Assembly: GCA_030704615.1 (NCBI GenBank)
Contig: CM060733.1
Location: forward strand, 41,602,001-41,666,000
Source: Takakia lepidozioides
Lineage: Eukaryota > Plantae > Bryophyta
Length of the DNA stretch: 64,000 nucleotides
Direction of reading: 5' to 3'
The position numbers were made by a program, and so were the translations under genes. Every line of letters starts with the position of its first letter. Positions within the stretch are counted from its first letter, which is position 1. Below the pieces are notes generated by a model that had not been told where the DNA came from, ran no database searches, and saw only the letters and a list, made by a program, of their open reading frames with translations. Positions 40,304 to 53,136 of this stretch are shown one piece after another.

Positions 40304-41329
40304 TGTCAAGTTAAATAAGCACAGTGTGAAAACAGCTAGAATAAAACTAGTTATTTGTATTTAACACTTGGATTTAGGTCAAGTGTTAAATCAGGTGTCA
40401 AGTTTAGTTTGACACCTGGTCCGTCTTATCTTCACGAGAGCGGCAGTCGCGCGGCTCATCTTTCTCGAGTTGAGCCTACGCGACCGAGCTCCTTCATGCG
40501 TTTAGATTTGAGTGTGCTTATGATGGGAGTGTAGGTTGTTGTGGGGTGGAGTCCCCATAGCTTGGGGTGCCCCTGGCTCGACTTCTGTTTTAAAGAGTGA
40601 TAGCGATGGATTCATGTTGTTTCTGGTGTGAGCAGTGTGTTTTCTAGTTTTCTTATCACTCGAGAAAGATGCTCTCTTACCTGTGAGTGCAAGGTAGGAG
40701 TTGAGGGTTAGCACTTGCAAGATTACCTACGTATAAATAGTGCTTAGTTTGAGAAGCATATCATTGAATGTGACCACAAGATTCAGCGTGCCCTGAAACG
40801 CCTGGAGGATGACGATGCCAGAGCCGCCACTGTTATTGCAGTCGCTGAAGCTACCAAGTCACTAGAGGCTTTGGGGTTCACAAGGAGATACTTAAAAATG
40901 CAACAGCAAATGCTAGTTGGCACCTATGCATGATCCTTGAAGCTGGATGATCGTTTCACCAGTAAGCTTATAGAGGAGCCTGCTGTTGCAATTGTTTCTT
41001 GTATCGGGGTCGGTCTTGGACCAAAATTTAGCTTCAGCTTCTTTGTCAATCATTTGCTTTGATCATGCAAGAGCGCCATGCAGCGGGTTAAGGGGCAGGG
41101 CTATGGAGCAGAAAAGCGACATCCTCTTCGCAATGCGCAGAGGACGGAGTTCCGTGTATATGGTTGCTATGGAGCCTCGCCAACAGTAGAACTTTGCGCT
41201 TTCCGTTCTTGGGGTTGCTGCATTGTATGCGCCCTAGGATCCGGGCTTGGAATTGTCTTCTGACCAATTCAGCAGAAACGAACGACGAACGTACTCTGGC
41301 CTGATTCCCTACAGTAAGCAGGAGATATA

Positions 41330-41969
41330 TAGCTCAACGCCATCAACGAGTACACCTAAGGAGGTTGTACACCACAGCAAGTGCCGTCAGAATCTTGTCG
41401 CCAGAGGATCCAGGCTAAGCAGCATACGATGGCCACCTCACGGCCAAGCTTGGAACGGCTCTTACCATACCATATGAGGAACTTGTCGAAGTAGAGGAAA
41501 AAACTTTCACAGACATGTCTGGCGAGATTTGAAAGAGTAGTTTTCTTGCTTTGACGTTGTTTCATGTCCTCTGGTTCATGGAGCTCATGACAACAAAAGT
41601 CGAGCGGCAGCGGACGTACTGGGCGCCGAGCAGAAAGGATGGTCAGGGGGACGACTGTTTCCCTTGCCCAGCAGCTAAAGTCGTAGTTAAGGCCACATAA
41701 CACTTGACGGTGGTGCTAAGGTCACCTGCAGGAGCTTCATGATAAGTGTCCCAGGATCCGTCAGTTCTCTGCAGGCTCCGAATGCAACGCACGACTTTTT
41801 CTTTCTTTGGGTCATCTGTAACGCCCAGGAAATGCATAGCCAGAATCCACTCCGCTTCCATTGTACAGCCTGATTCGACCTGGCCCGCCCAATAGCCCTC
41901 TGGATTCTGCTTACGGAAACTCCAGTCAATTGCATCGTTGATGACCTGATCAAGCGGTGTTGCATCCAT
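41330..41969 (-). pseudogene. shc: Squalene-hopene cyclase N-terminal fragment (intronless, internally deleted)
   Basis: QNPEGYWAGQVESGCTMEAEWILAMHFLG..QRTDGSW..GDLSTTVKCYVAL / YDFSCWARETVVPL / WILWRQDSDG..GVQPP*VYSLMAL show QW repeats and SHC-specific blocks. Confidence 0.85.
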
Positions 41970-44180
41970 GGACTCGAATGCTCCCATACACCCACTTCCC
42001 TGCAGTAAGCAGTTCACATTCACAAAAGTGCTAGAGTTTCAGCTGCAGGATGGAGACGACGGGTTTGGGAACGGCGGAGCCGAGCTACGCTGGGGATAGA
42101 CGAGCGATTCAGGAGCCAGGGCTTTCTCCCCCGTAACTGGAATGGGCCGGGGACCCGCAAGCTCCAGCACAAAGTCCAGTGCTTCCCGCTGGTAATCCTC
42201 CTCAGTGATTTTCGTTAGCCACCAAGGCCTCGAACAGACTGTGAGTGACCCCTCGCCTGTACATGGCGTCCATAAACATGTCCATAAACATGTCTTTCCT
42301 CCCCCTCTCTTGGTGCGCAAGCCTGCAAGCAATCACGGAATCCACTCTCTTTCACAACAAGACACTACTGAGTGCCACAGTTCCCTTCCTCTCTCTCTCT
42401 CTCACTCTCGGTATGCAGAAGACTGGAGCAAGGTGTGAATTATAGGGCACGTTGCCAGGGAACCTAGGAAACCATATAGAGCGTAGGGAACCGGGAACCA
42501 GTTACCAGATAGTTTAGGTGTAACTTTAAATTTTTAAATTTGAAAACCTTAGAAAAAAAAAAAAAAAAAAAAAAAAAACAGGGCATTTTGATCTAATTTA
42601 AATGATTTAAAGCCAAATTGGTCATATCTTTGTCAAATGGACTCTGTTTGACCCAGTTTTTGAGGGGATAGCTGCAGAAAGGGGAAATCTACCATTCTAG
42701 ACCTGGTTTTTGTTTTTAGGACTCTGCTAAAAATCATCTGGAATTTTTAGAGTGTGAGTGTGCCATGAAAGATCCACAATTCTGTTTCTAGAACCTGTGC
42801 TGGTCTATATGAGAGACAAATCTGTGGATGTACTCCTTGTATGGCTGGGGGAAATGAGGACGTAATTGAAGGGCAGGTCTCTTCTTCTTAGCCTGTGCAC
42901 ACAAGGGGACAGGATTTATGTTTCCCAAGGAACTCAGACTGATTTGAGTGGAGACAGTTGGACGAGTTGATTGCATACTGGGAGTCAGGCATTAGCAGTA
43001 GACAACAGACTCTGTAGTTGGCGTTGAGGGCCTCAATATCGCTTTGGACAGTCAGAACTCTGTTGGAGCCAGCAGTTCTGCAGCTGTAAGTGAAATACCA
43101 AAGTGGGTGAAAGCTAGGCTTGGAACACAGCCAAAGACAGCCCCGGGGACCAAGGTGTTCAGCCGCAAGGCTGTGGTGTACTGGAGCAGAGGAGCAGGAG
43201 CTACACAAGTTTGTGCAATCAGACAGCGTTTGCAGCCGGACACGCTCTGCACAAGGCAACCACGAGCGAGGGTTCATTAGCGAGGACAAGTTTGTTCTGT
43301 TTGAAGGAGATGCAGTCATTCGCAATGAGGACACCGCACCGTCTCAAAGCTTTCGAGTTGAGAGACTATCATACTCTACCTTTGTTTCTTAGTGTTCAGT
43401 GAGCGGGGAATAGCAGAGTGTTGCTTTGTCTCTACTTGGCAAAAAGAGGAGGAGGGTTGGTTAGAGCGAGCTACTGTAGCTTGGGACAAAGGTTAGTAGC
43501 AGGTTTCTGGACATAGATATACCTCCTACACCTTACCATCATGCAGAGCGAGGCACTTTGAGAGAAGTCTGGCAGTTGATAGCATAGATCAGGATTAGAT
43601 CTTGCTGGGTCGGGCTTTCTATTCTTCCCCCCATCTCTGTACTATTTTCATTACCTGTTACTTGTAGTTGCCAAAGCCTCTCTTGGGAGGCCAGTCAGTC
43701 CGGGGTTTTGGGATATTCTGCAGGATCAGCGTTGCTGCTGGATTTTGGTGTGGGGTGTTGATGTTTTGATTTCTTGTGTTGGATCCCCCCAACACCTGCA
43801 TGCTTGACTGTGCGCCATGTTTGTTTTGTGTGGGCGCTTGCTTTCATAGGGATTAGGCCGGATTTGATCACCGGTCAATCCTAGAGTATGCTGTCGGTGG
43901 TGAGGCTGGAGTGATGACCAGCAAGACCACCAGTGTTTCTTCTATGGTGAGGCTAGGTTGATGACCAACCAACCATAGGAGTTCTTGCGGTGGATGCAGG
44001 TGCAAGTGCCCTGAGCCATTGGGATATGACCCTTAGACTGCAACAGGTGCCCACCCGTGTCACTATTAGATTAGTACTAGAGACTTATAGTGTCACGTGG
44101 AGGAGGTGCACATTGTGAGTGTCATTACGGAGTTACCCAAGGGTTTTGAGGGGAGTACGGCTACAAGCAGTACCAGTGAG

Positions 44181-47100
44181 ATGAGGTTCACAAGACGAGG
44201 TATTCGGTTCAGACCACCTTCACCGCCACCCTCAACTACTGGAGAGTCAGACACAGACTCGGAGGCTTCATCAACAGGTGTGCACTTTCATTCGCCATTG
44301 TTCTGGGAGGAGATGTATGGAGCTACCAAGGGGCCTCGTAGGTACTCTGGAGCTGTGGGCACAATCGAGTTGGATGACTTTATCCAGGAGTTCGATAGCT
44401 GGTGTGATTTGCAGCAGATGCGCAATCCACAGCTATTCACCCCATTCATGGCGTGGAAGGGACTGTTCCAGCATTTGGAAGCCCGCCTATGGACGATTAC
44501 CACGAGTTCAGGCGGGACATAAGCAGAGATTGAGGAGTGGAGGATGTATTGGTCACCTGACTACGTCTCCATTACTCGAGGCACGACGCGACCAGTAGCT
44601 GCACTCATTCAGTACCAATAGCTCCCACTGCCAGCACTAGTAGTGGAGCAAGTAGTGCTTGGTACTTCTGCAGGTGGTACCAGTTCAAAACGTTGCTACT
44701 ACTCCTCCTGCCACGACTACAACACATGTGCCTAGATTCAACCCGGTGCTGGAGTTCTTCCAGGAGTTTGCGGAGGAACTACCAAGGTGTACGGACAGAA
44801 AGCTGCGAAGTTTGCAAAGACTTCCAGCGCAAACCCAGTGAGAGCCTGCGAGAGGCGTACACTCGTATGAACGCTTGATAAGTGTGACCCAAGGGGTTAC
44901 TGAAGCTCAAGCAATCCCATTTTGGTATGGAATTTGGATAAGGAGCTCAAGAAAGGGTGCGAGATGCAACCCTGTTACAAGCAGCCCAACCCACATTAGC
45001 ATATGTGTTTCTGCTGGCTGAGCGATGAGCTCAACATGGTGGAGGAGCGAGTTGTTACCATTGGATTTGGCAAAGGACATGCCTACACGAGGCGGTAGCT
45101 GCCAGCCCACAGGCCACAGGAACCGCTCAACAGCGTGGTCATGGGGGCAAGGTTGCCCAGCCCAAGTTCCATGGAGCTTACAGGGGACCTCAGGTGCAGA
45201 GGCCCGTGGCATCTTTTGCAGGCCAACAGCAACCAGGGGTGATATGTTGGACATGTGGAGGACCCCATGTCAAGAGAGATTGCCCAGAGAGTGGCAGAAG
45301 GCCGGCACAAGCACAGCCTGCACAGTTGCAGTGTGGGCATTGTGGCAAGTATGGGCATGGAGATGCCCAGTGTTATGACTTGCATCCTGAGTTGCGCCAG
45401 GCCAGTTCCAAGGGAACAATGGTGGCCGGGGGCGAGGTGGACCAGCCCAAAGAGGACGAGGTGGTCGGGCACGAGGTGCAGGCCAAGGGCAAGCTCACAT
45501 GGCCAAGGACGCGGAGGTCAGGGTGTTGACCAAGGCATGGCCAACGGCTTCAGCAGCTAGAGCAGAGGCTCGCTGCCATGGCTATAGCTCAGGCGGTACC
45601 GGCTCCCCAGGCGGGATGGTCCACCTCCTGCTCCTGAGGGAGGAGATATGGGAGGCATGGGATTCATGTGCGGAGCAGCACTACCACTAGAGCAGGTGGA
45701 GTCTGCTGCAGCCGTGACTCGAGGAGCAGCACGAGTTCCTGAGCCACGAGGTGCAGAGGTGGAGTTGGATCCACAACGTGGGGAGGCAAGCCGTCAGGCA
45801 GGCTTCCTCAGTCATTCACCTTGGCGGAGACTGTCACGCCATCCATGGCACCTAGTTCTCGCCCGACTGTTACCGAGGCGGAGGTTACTATGCCATTGGG
45901 GAGAGCTACACGTGCAGCACTGACACCTGCTGCCAAGGCTAGTGCGGCCGGTGTGTTATTGGGGGCAGCCACCTCTGTGTGTCAAGCCCCACTGTTCTCG
46001 GCAACAATGATTGCGACGCCGGGGGAGACCAGCTGCAGTGTTCAGACTAGCAGCAACACTCTGTGAGAGTGGGGAGGTCACTTCATCTTCTGCGGAGTTA
46101 GTGGAAGGTGTAGTGGCAGAGGGATCCTCGGATTTGAGGGTCAAGACTGCCACGGCTGCGCCCTGGCAAGCTGCAGCTGCCAGGTTGACGGAGCTGCCAG
46201 CTAGGCCAGCCTTTGAGCGCGCCATGGTGACACCTGGAGTTGTCTTGTTAGACAACCAGGGAGGCATTTTCACTTTGAGTGGACCGGCAGGCAAGAAGTA
46301 CCGGCCACTGCGGGTCTTGTTGGACTCGGAGCTCAGCCACTGATGTTGGGCAGAGCTGCTATTGCAGGTTTGGGCCTCATGGAGGCGGATATGGAGCCTT
46401 GTCCTTTCCAGATACACATCTAGGATCAGAGCAGGCTCGGGGCATGACACGGCATCAGTTGGCCATTAGACTGCAGCCGGATCATCCTGTAGATGGCTCA
46501 GTGATGCGAGCCAAGGCCATTGTGACAGACGCGGTCTCTTACGATGTCCTCGTTGGTGGGGCAGTGTTATACCCCATGGGCTTCACCCTGGATTTTTGGG
46601 AGGAGTCAGCATCCTACAGGCCTGGATGGCAGTCAGGGATGGTCGCCGTGCACAGCTCCCTGACATTCATTGGGGGTATTGCGCTGCCCAGCGGGGCAAG
46701 ATGCCAACACTAGCCGCCTTTACAGCTGCAGTTAGTTGGCCTGGAGAGTTGCTGGAAGGCAATGCCCATGCAGAGGATGTGCCACCTCCAGCAGAGCAGG
46801 ATGACATGCATGGTACGGCGGAGTTGCCTGCCATGGTTGCTCACACTCCATTGTGGGGTACGAGCAAGGATTTGCAGCAGGTTGCTGATGACGGGTGCAA
46901 CAAGCTGGGTAGAGGCTTTTGTACCGTCAGGAGAGGAGGAGAGCGGGATTGCACCAGGACCACCTCAGTTGTCACCATTGGACACCACACCTATTGTGTG
47001 GCAGCCGGATGAAGGCATTTGCCTTCTGGACTTGTTTGGCGGGATCAGCACCGGATTGGCTGCTGTGCTACAGGCAGGTGTGCGAGTTCGACGTTACCTG

Positions 47101-48260
47101 TATGTGGAGAGGGATGAGACTGCACGACGCGTCTCACTGCGCCATGTTGCTCAGTTGGTACAGCAGTACCCTGACTTGTTGCCAGTGTCTGCAGTTCGTG
47201 GATACCAACAAGCCTTGCCAGCAGACATTTCGTTGCTGGGGGCGCAGGATTTGGAGCAGGTTGGCTCCATTGATCTGGTAGTGGCAGGTTGGCCCTGCCA
47301 AGGGCATTCATCAGCCGGGCATGGCAATGGATTGCGAGACTCGAGGACGGGTCTGTTTTGGGAGATGGTGCGGATTTTGCGCTGCTTGCAGCTTCATCAA
47401 GCTGTATCTCCAGCATACATCTTGGAGAATGTGCCACTGATGGGTGATTCTCGGCCAGGGTGATGGCCAGTGTGCATCAAGTCCGGTCGTGGCTTGGGTC
47501 AGCAGTGTTGCTGGATGCAGCTGCAGTGGGGTCACGGGCTCATCGTCCACGGCTATGGTGGACTAACTTGATGCCACCCGCACTGCTCAAGCGTGCATTT
47601 GATGGGGTGCAGCGGCCAGCACACCTCACCGTGGATGGCATTTTGGACACAGGGGCAGTCTCAACGTGTGAGACACGATGACCGTTCGCCTTTGGCAGTG
47701 GTCAACAGGGTGGGTCAACCACGAGCAGCATTACCTACACTGCTCAGCTTCCCAGGATCCCATGCTTTTCGGGATGGTGGACCTGGCCTCCTGTGGGATG
47801 CTCAGTTGCAGCAGTTAGTGGAGCCTAATGCCGACGAGCGAGAGCGGCTATGGGGTTTTTCCACTGGGACCACGGCGGTGCCTTCTCTTTCTGAGGCATC
47901 ACGTCGTCAGGTGTTGGGGCAAGCAATGGATCTCAATTGCTTGACCTGGATTATCAGCTTGGCTATGGCTGAGCAACGTAGAGTGCGGAGTGCACTTCCC
48001 TTGACGGTCTCTCTGCCTACCGAGACGGTACAGGCAGCGAGTGGGGGCGAGCCGGTGAGGACCACGGGGTGTAGACATCCATGGCACACGTGGGAGGTGC
48101 TCGAGGTTCAGAGGGAGTTGGCAGCCAAGGCAGCTGTGATGGATGAGGTTGGGGATTCTTCTCGGGATGAGGAGGTTCTCAATGATGAGATGATGGGGCA
48201 GGATGAGGCCTTGTCATTGACTGAGCAGGAAGGGGTACTGCTCAAGAGGTTGCAGCATAG
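44181..48260 (+). pseudogene. Element B Gag-protease-DNA methyltransferase polyprotein (many single-base indels)
   Basis: Colinear with element A; two CCHC knuckles, LLDSGAQ protease; ends at the conserved TAG 48258-60. Confidence 0.88.
47011..47960 (+). pseudogene. C5 cytosine DNA methyltransferase domain, element B
   Basis: LDLFGG, GWPCQG (Cys codon 47296-98), ILENV, AHRPRLWW, ERER..GF, RRQVLGQAM. Confidence 0.92.
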
Positions 48261-51200
48261 CAACCACGGGACGCGTCCTCTACCTCTAAGCCCACTGGAC
48301 TTAAGGTTGCAGTTACGGAGGACAATTGGGAGCCTGACATTGGACCCATTGTCACCGGAGGAGAGAGACGACGTATACGGCGGTTCCTGAGGGCTTACAG
48401 GAATTGCTTTGCCTTCAGTTTGAAGGACTTGGGAGCACTGAAGGGTCAAGAGATCCGTATTGAGTTGGCCACTGACACGCCAATCTTTCGGAGACCCTAT
48501 AGATACAGTGACATGGAGAGGTCTTTGATTCAGATGAGGACTCAAGATCTCTGGGAGGCAGGTTTGGTGGAGCTCTCTGGTGGAGAGTATGCTTCAGCCA
48601 CAGTGATGCCAGCTAAGAAGGATGTCTATGGCAATTGGACGGAGAGACGTATGTGCGGTGATTACCGGCCTGTAAATCGTCAGACCAAGTCCGATAGGTA
48701 TGCCATGCCACACCAGAGGAGATCTTTGATGCCATTGGGCATTCCAAGGTCTTTAGCACGTTGGATTTACGATCCGGATATCACCAGTTGCCGATCAAGG
48801 AGGCGGATAAGCAAAAGACGGCATTCTGGGGGATCAATGAGCACGGGAAGGATTGCCTATACCAGTGGCGGTTCTTACCATTTGGGCTTAAAAACGCTCC
48901 CGCTGAGTTTCAAAGAGTCATGGACAGGATTCTAGCAGGGGTGGAGTTTGCTCGGTGCTACATAGATGACATCATCATCTTTAGTGCTACGGTGGAGGAG
49001 CATGAGAGACACCTTCAGGGGGTATTTGAGCGCTTGAGGACGCACGGATTGAAGTTACATCCGGGCAAGTGCAAGTTTTTCCACAACCAGATTGAGTATC
49101 TGGGTCACATGATATATCCTGGAGGATTGGGGGTACAGCAGACTAAGGTAGAGTCCATTGCACAGGTTCCACGCCCCACGGATGTGAGCCGAGTTCGAGC
49201 TTTCATGGGGTTAGCAAACTATTACAGACGGTTTGTTAAGGGATTTAGTGCCATTGCAAAGGCTCTAACCAAGCTGACCAAGGTGGACCAGGAGTGGCAG
49301 TGGGAAGATGAGCAAGAACAAGCTTTTCAAGAGCTCAAGGCGAGGTTGACCTCGGCGCCCATCTTGAGACGACCTATCAGGGGGCGTCCTTTTCAGCTGC
49401 ATACAGATTGGAGCATGCTGGGGCTTGGAGCGGTGCTCACACAGGTGGATGATGAGGGAAGAGAGTTCGTAGTGGCTTATGCTAGCCGCTCGAACAATGC
49501 TGCAGAGTCTAAGTATAGCTCATATGAGGGAGAATGCTTAGCTGCAGTGTGGGCCGTGGCACACTTCAGGTGCTATCTATACGGCAATCTCTTCACCCTT
49601 GTCACGGATCACCAACCACTCAAGTGGTTGATGGAGTCAGACAAGCTTACGGGGAAGCTTGCACGGTGGGCACTCATCCTTCAAGAGTATGACTTTCAGG
49701 TGGTGCATCGACCGGGTTTGGTCAATCGAAATGCAGATGGGTTGAGTCGCAATCCATGCACGAGCCAGCAGGATGACACTGGAGCTCGGTGGCATGGTGA
49801 GACGGACGAGGAGATGGTGCCCGGATGGCATGCATCTGCATTTCTGTGTATCTTGGCAGCGGAAGGCCAGGTTGGACCTGCAACAGGGATGACTGTAGAT
49901 CAAGTGTCTGAGGACCCTGAGGCCAGCAATGAGCAGGGTGGCGCCAAAGATATACATGAGGATTCAGTTGTGTTGGACTACCTCCGCACTGGAGACACGG
50001 CAGCCACTATGACTGCCACAACGAGCCAAGAGGTTCAGGTGGGAGGGACACACCTGCTCCGAGTGGGGAGGATGGTCGAGTGAGGATTGTGCCTCACCCA
50101 ACACAGCGGGCACGGTTAGTGCGGCATGCCCATGAGGAGTTGGGGCATTTTGGGGTGCGACGCACTCATAGTCTACTGCAGGGGCAGTATTGGTGGCGTG
50201 GTATGCACACAGAGGTGCAACAATTTGTGGCTAGGTGCATGGTGTGTGACAGGGTGCGTGCTTCATTCAACGCCCCTACTCCACAATTGCACCCTCTTCC
50301 GATCATGGGATTGGGCTACAGGTGGAGTCTTGACTTCGCAGGGCCGTTGCCACTGACCATGCGCCACAACAAGTACGTGTTGGTGATGGTGGAGCACTTT
50401 CTCCAAGTGGATTGAATTGGTTCCATTGCCTGATAAGGCTAGTGAGGGAGCTGCGTATGCATTCCTGGATTGTGTGCTTAGCCGATTCGGTGCTCCAGCT
50501 GAGGTACTCACGGACCAAGGAGAGAGTTCTTGGGGGAGTTTCAGGCTTTGTGTGACAAGGCCTTGATAGACCACCGCACCACTTCTCGGGATCATCCTGA
50601 GGCCGATGGCTTGGCAGAGAGAGTTGTTCAGACAGTAAAGAGGGGTTTGCGCAAGTATGGCTTGCAGAAGGGACACCTAGGAGATTGGGACCTTCAGTTA
50701 CCCTGGTTAGCCATGGGCTACAGGTTCAGCAAGCAAGCATCACTTGCCTCCTTCTCACCATACTTTCTTCTCTTTGGCCGAGAGCCGGATTTGCCTACAT
50801 CCATTCGCAGAGAAGCTGCTACAGTTCTTAACCTTGACGATCCGGACGTGTGGGCACGTGCATGTGAGCAGCGTGCAGAGTTGTTCAAGAGAGTCATGCC
50901 CATGGCTTTCGAGAACCTTGCCATTGCACAACACCGTGATACGTTGAGGTATGCTACCATACGTGGTGGGGGCTATCGTCCTGGGGTTCGGAGATTCAAC
51001 CCTGGTGACTATGTCTATCTGCAGCAGACTGCTCCTACGACCCTGGATGTGACTGCAGGACGTGTTATTTTGAGGGTTCGAGAGGTCTTGCCCTCAGGCG
51101 TCTTGGTCTTGGAGGTCGGGATGGCATAACTTGGAAGGACCATGTGCGTAATTGTGCGCCATGTCACCTTCCGAATGTCGATGGCAGGATTGACCCAAAC

Positions 51201-51371
51201 CTGGCAGTGGTATCTGCAGGTTTGAGGTGCATGTTGTGTGGGTCTGCTAAAGGGGCAGCCACCATGCTGGTGTGTGATCGATGCTCTAGAGGTTGGCATA
51301 TGGGATGCTTGACTCCACCTCTTGAGATGGTTCCGGATGGGGATTGGTTATGTCCACATTGCATTGGATAG
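48261..51371 (+). pseudogene. Element B RT-RNaseH-integrase-PHD
   Basis: YIDD; RNase H TDWS/TDHQPL; integrase HHCC (HAHEELGH..CMVC), WSLDF, LTDQG, AER; C-terminal C4HC3 PHD CMLC..CDRC..HMGC..WLCPHC. Confidence 0.92.
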
Positions 51372-51629
51372 TGGGAGTGGATACAACCATGGAAGGCTAA
51401 CAAGAAACGCAAGGCCCAGCTACTAGGAGACCTTGAACACACGAGGTCCTGGCTCAAGTTCACAGATTGCAAGACGGCGACTAACGATGGGGCTACTCTT
51501 GTACCGGCCTCTTGGTCTATAGAGTTTGAGTACAATAGGGACAGTGATAGAGGACTTAGTACGGCTGTGGCTATTACATCTTGTAGCTATCTGGAGGTAG
51601 AGGGACCTATCCACCAGCTAGGGGGCGAT

Positions 51630-52155
51630 TGTGGCAGACTACTTTATTGTGCATATATGTGTGGTGTGGTTTGGACAGCGATGTAGTTGTGTAGCGATAT
51701 GTATGCGCACGACAGCTGTCAAGTTAAATAAGCACAGTGTGAAAACAGCTAGAGAATAAAACTAGTTATTTGTATTTAACACTTGGATTTAGGTCAAGTG
51801 TTAAATCAGGTGTCAAGTTTAGTTTGACACCTGGTCCGTCTTATCTTCACGAGAGCGGCAGTCGCGCGGCTCATCTCTCTCGAGTTGAGCCTGCGCGACC
51901 GAGCTCCTGCATGCGTTAGATTTGAGTGTGCTTATGATGGGAGTGTAGGTTGTTGTGGGGTGGAGTCCCCATAGCTTGGGGTGCCCCTGGCTCGACTTCT
52001 GTTTTAAAGAGTGATAGCGATGGATTCATGTTTTTCTGTGTGAGCAGTGTGTTTTTAGTTTTCTTATCATTGTGGCAGACTACTTTATTGTGCATATATG
52101 TGTGGTGTGGTTTGGACAGCGATGCAGTTGTGTAGCGATATGTATGCGCACGACA
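51630..52155 (+). repeat. Element B 3' terminal structure Y-GC-X-T-Y
   Basis: Y' duplicated at 51630-51714 and 52071-52155; X' matches 40304-40658. Confidence 0.92.
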
Positions 52156-52159
52156 GCTC

Positions 52160-53136
52160 GGATGATTGCATTGTGGAGGCTTTGAAAACTGGATTTCTAG
52201 AAGCGCAACTTTTATGCCATAAACTTGGGATGAAACCAAACAAGCGACAAATTTGGATTGGTGGAATGAGCCATGGACAATTGAGAGACAAATGGAGGCC
52301 GAGCTATTCAAAAGCATGGAAGAGGAGGGTGATGATGTCGATGCCATAGATTCTATTTGTCATCTTAATGCAGATACACATATTCAAAATGAGGTCGTGG
52401 AAGATGAATTGGTGTGCAGGCCTTCGAATTCAATGGAGGATGTTTTGAGCCAACATTTGGATGATCATGCGGAAGAGGTACTTGTTCAAAGTGAATTGAG
52501 ACATACTCTGGATGTTGTCATTGATGAGTTTGAACAAGAGAAAGATGGATCAAAGGCGGTGGTTCCATTTGTCAAAGTAGACGGGAAGACCATATTCAAA
52601 AGCACTTTGGTTAGCCAACTCAATGGCAACCCTACTCTATCCAATGATAGATTGACACGAGTAAGAAGTGCATCGATGTTGTTTTGCCGAGAAAACAAAC
52701 CAACTACCAGCAACAAAGCCATGAGCTAGGGATTGGGTTCGGATTGTGCTGTATTTTTTGTTGATGAGGAGACTGCGATCCAAACTACAAACAGGAAAGG
52801 CAGACCAGGGAAAACCTGCAGGGGAGCAACCAAAGGTACTTGGTATTTGGGCAGGGTTCAAAGAATGCGGAAGAAAATCATAAACGGTTTGTAGAATGTA
52901 GGGATTCTGTTGATTTATTGGAGCGTCCTTCTCATATGGAGATTGGGTTAGCATGGTACCAAAAAATTCGAGGAGGGGTCTATACGTACGATTTGACGGA
53001 TAGCATGATGATTGATTTGGATTCCATTATCGCGTTAGCATGTTTAAAGTACAATGTCAAGTCAAACACATATATACTTGATGCAAATGACCGAAAAGTC
53101 TTTGACAACTTTATCAAAGGCAAATATTTTTTTTAA
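52160..53136 (+). pseudogene. P-like transposase C-terminal part
   Basis: Continues the 39318-40303 frame after element B is removed; acidic linker, LSNDRLTRVR; stop at 53134-36 precedes the AT-rich 3' end and TIR. Confidence 0.7.

Larger units (their letters stand above)
40304..52155 (+). mobile_element. Element B: DNMT- and PHD-encoding Ty3/Gypsy retrotransposon with permuted terminal repeats, nested in the P-like transposase
   Basis: X1' 40304-40658, PPT about 51620-28, Y1' 51630-51714, GC, X2' 51717-52069, Y2' 52071-52155. Flanks are AATC/GCTC; removing the element plus 4 bp restores the transposase frame (VQSDDC). Confidence 0.93.

Noticed and set aside
41330-41969. Bacterial contamination or chimeric assembly explaining the SHC
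   Set aside because: The fragment is decayed and sits within a coherent nested TE structure between intron-containing plant genes. Read-level confirmation is still advisable.
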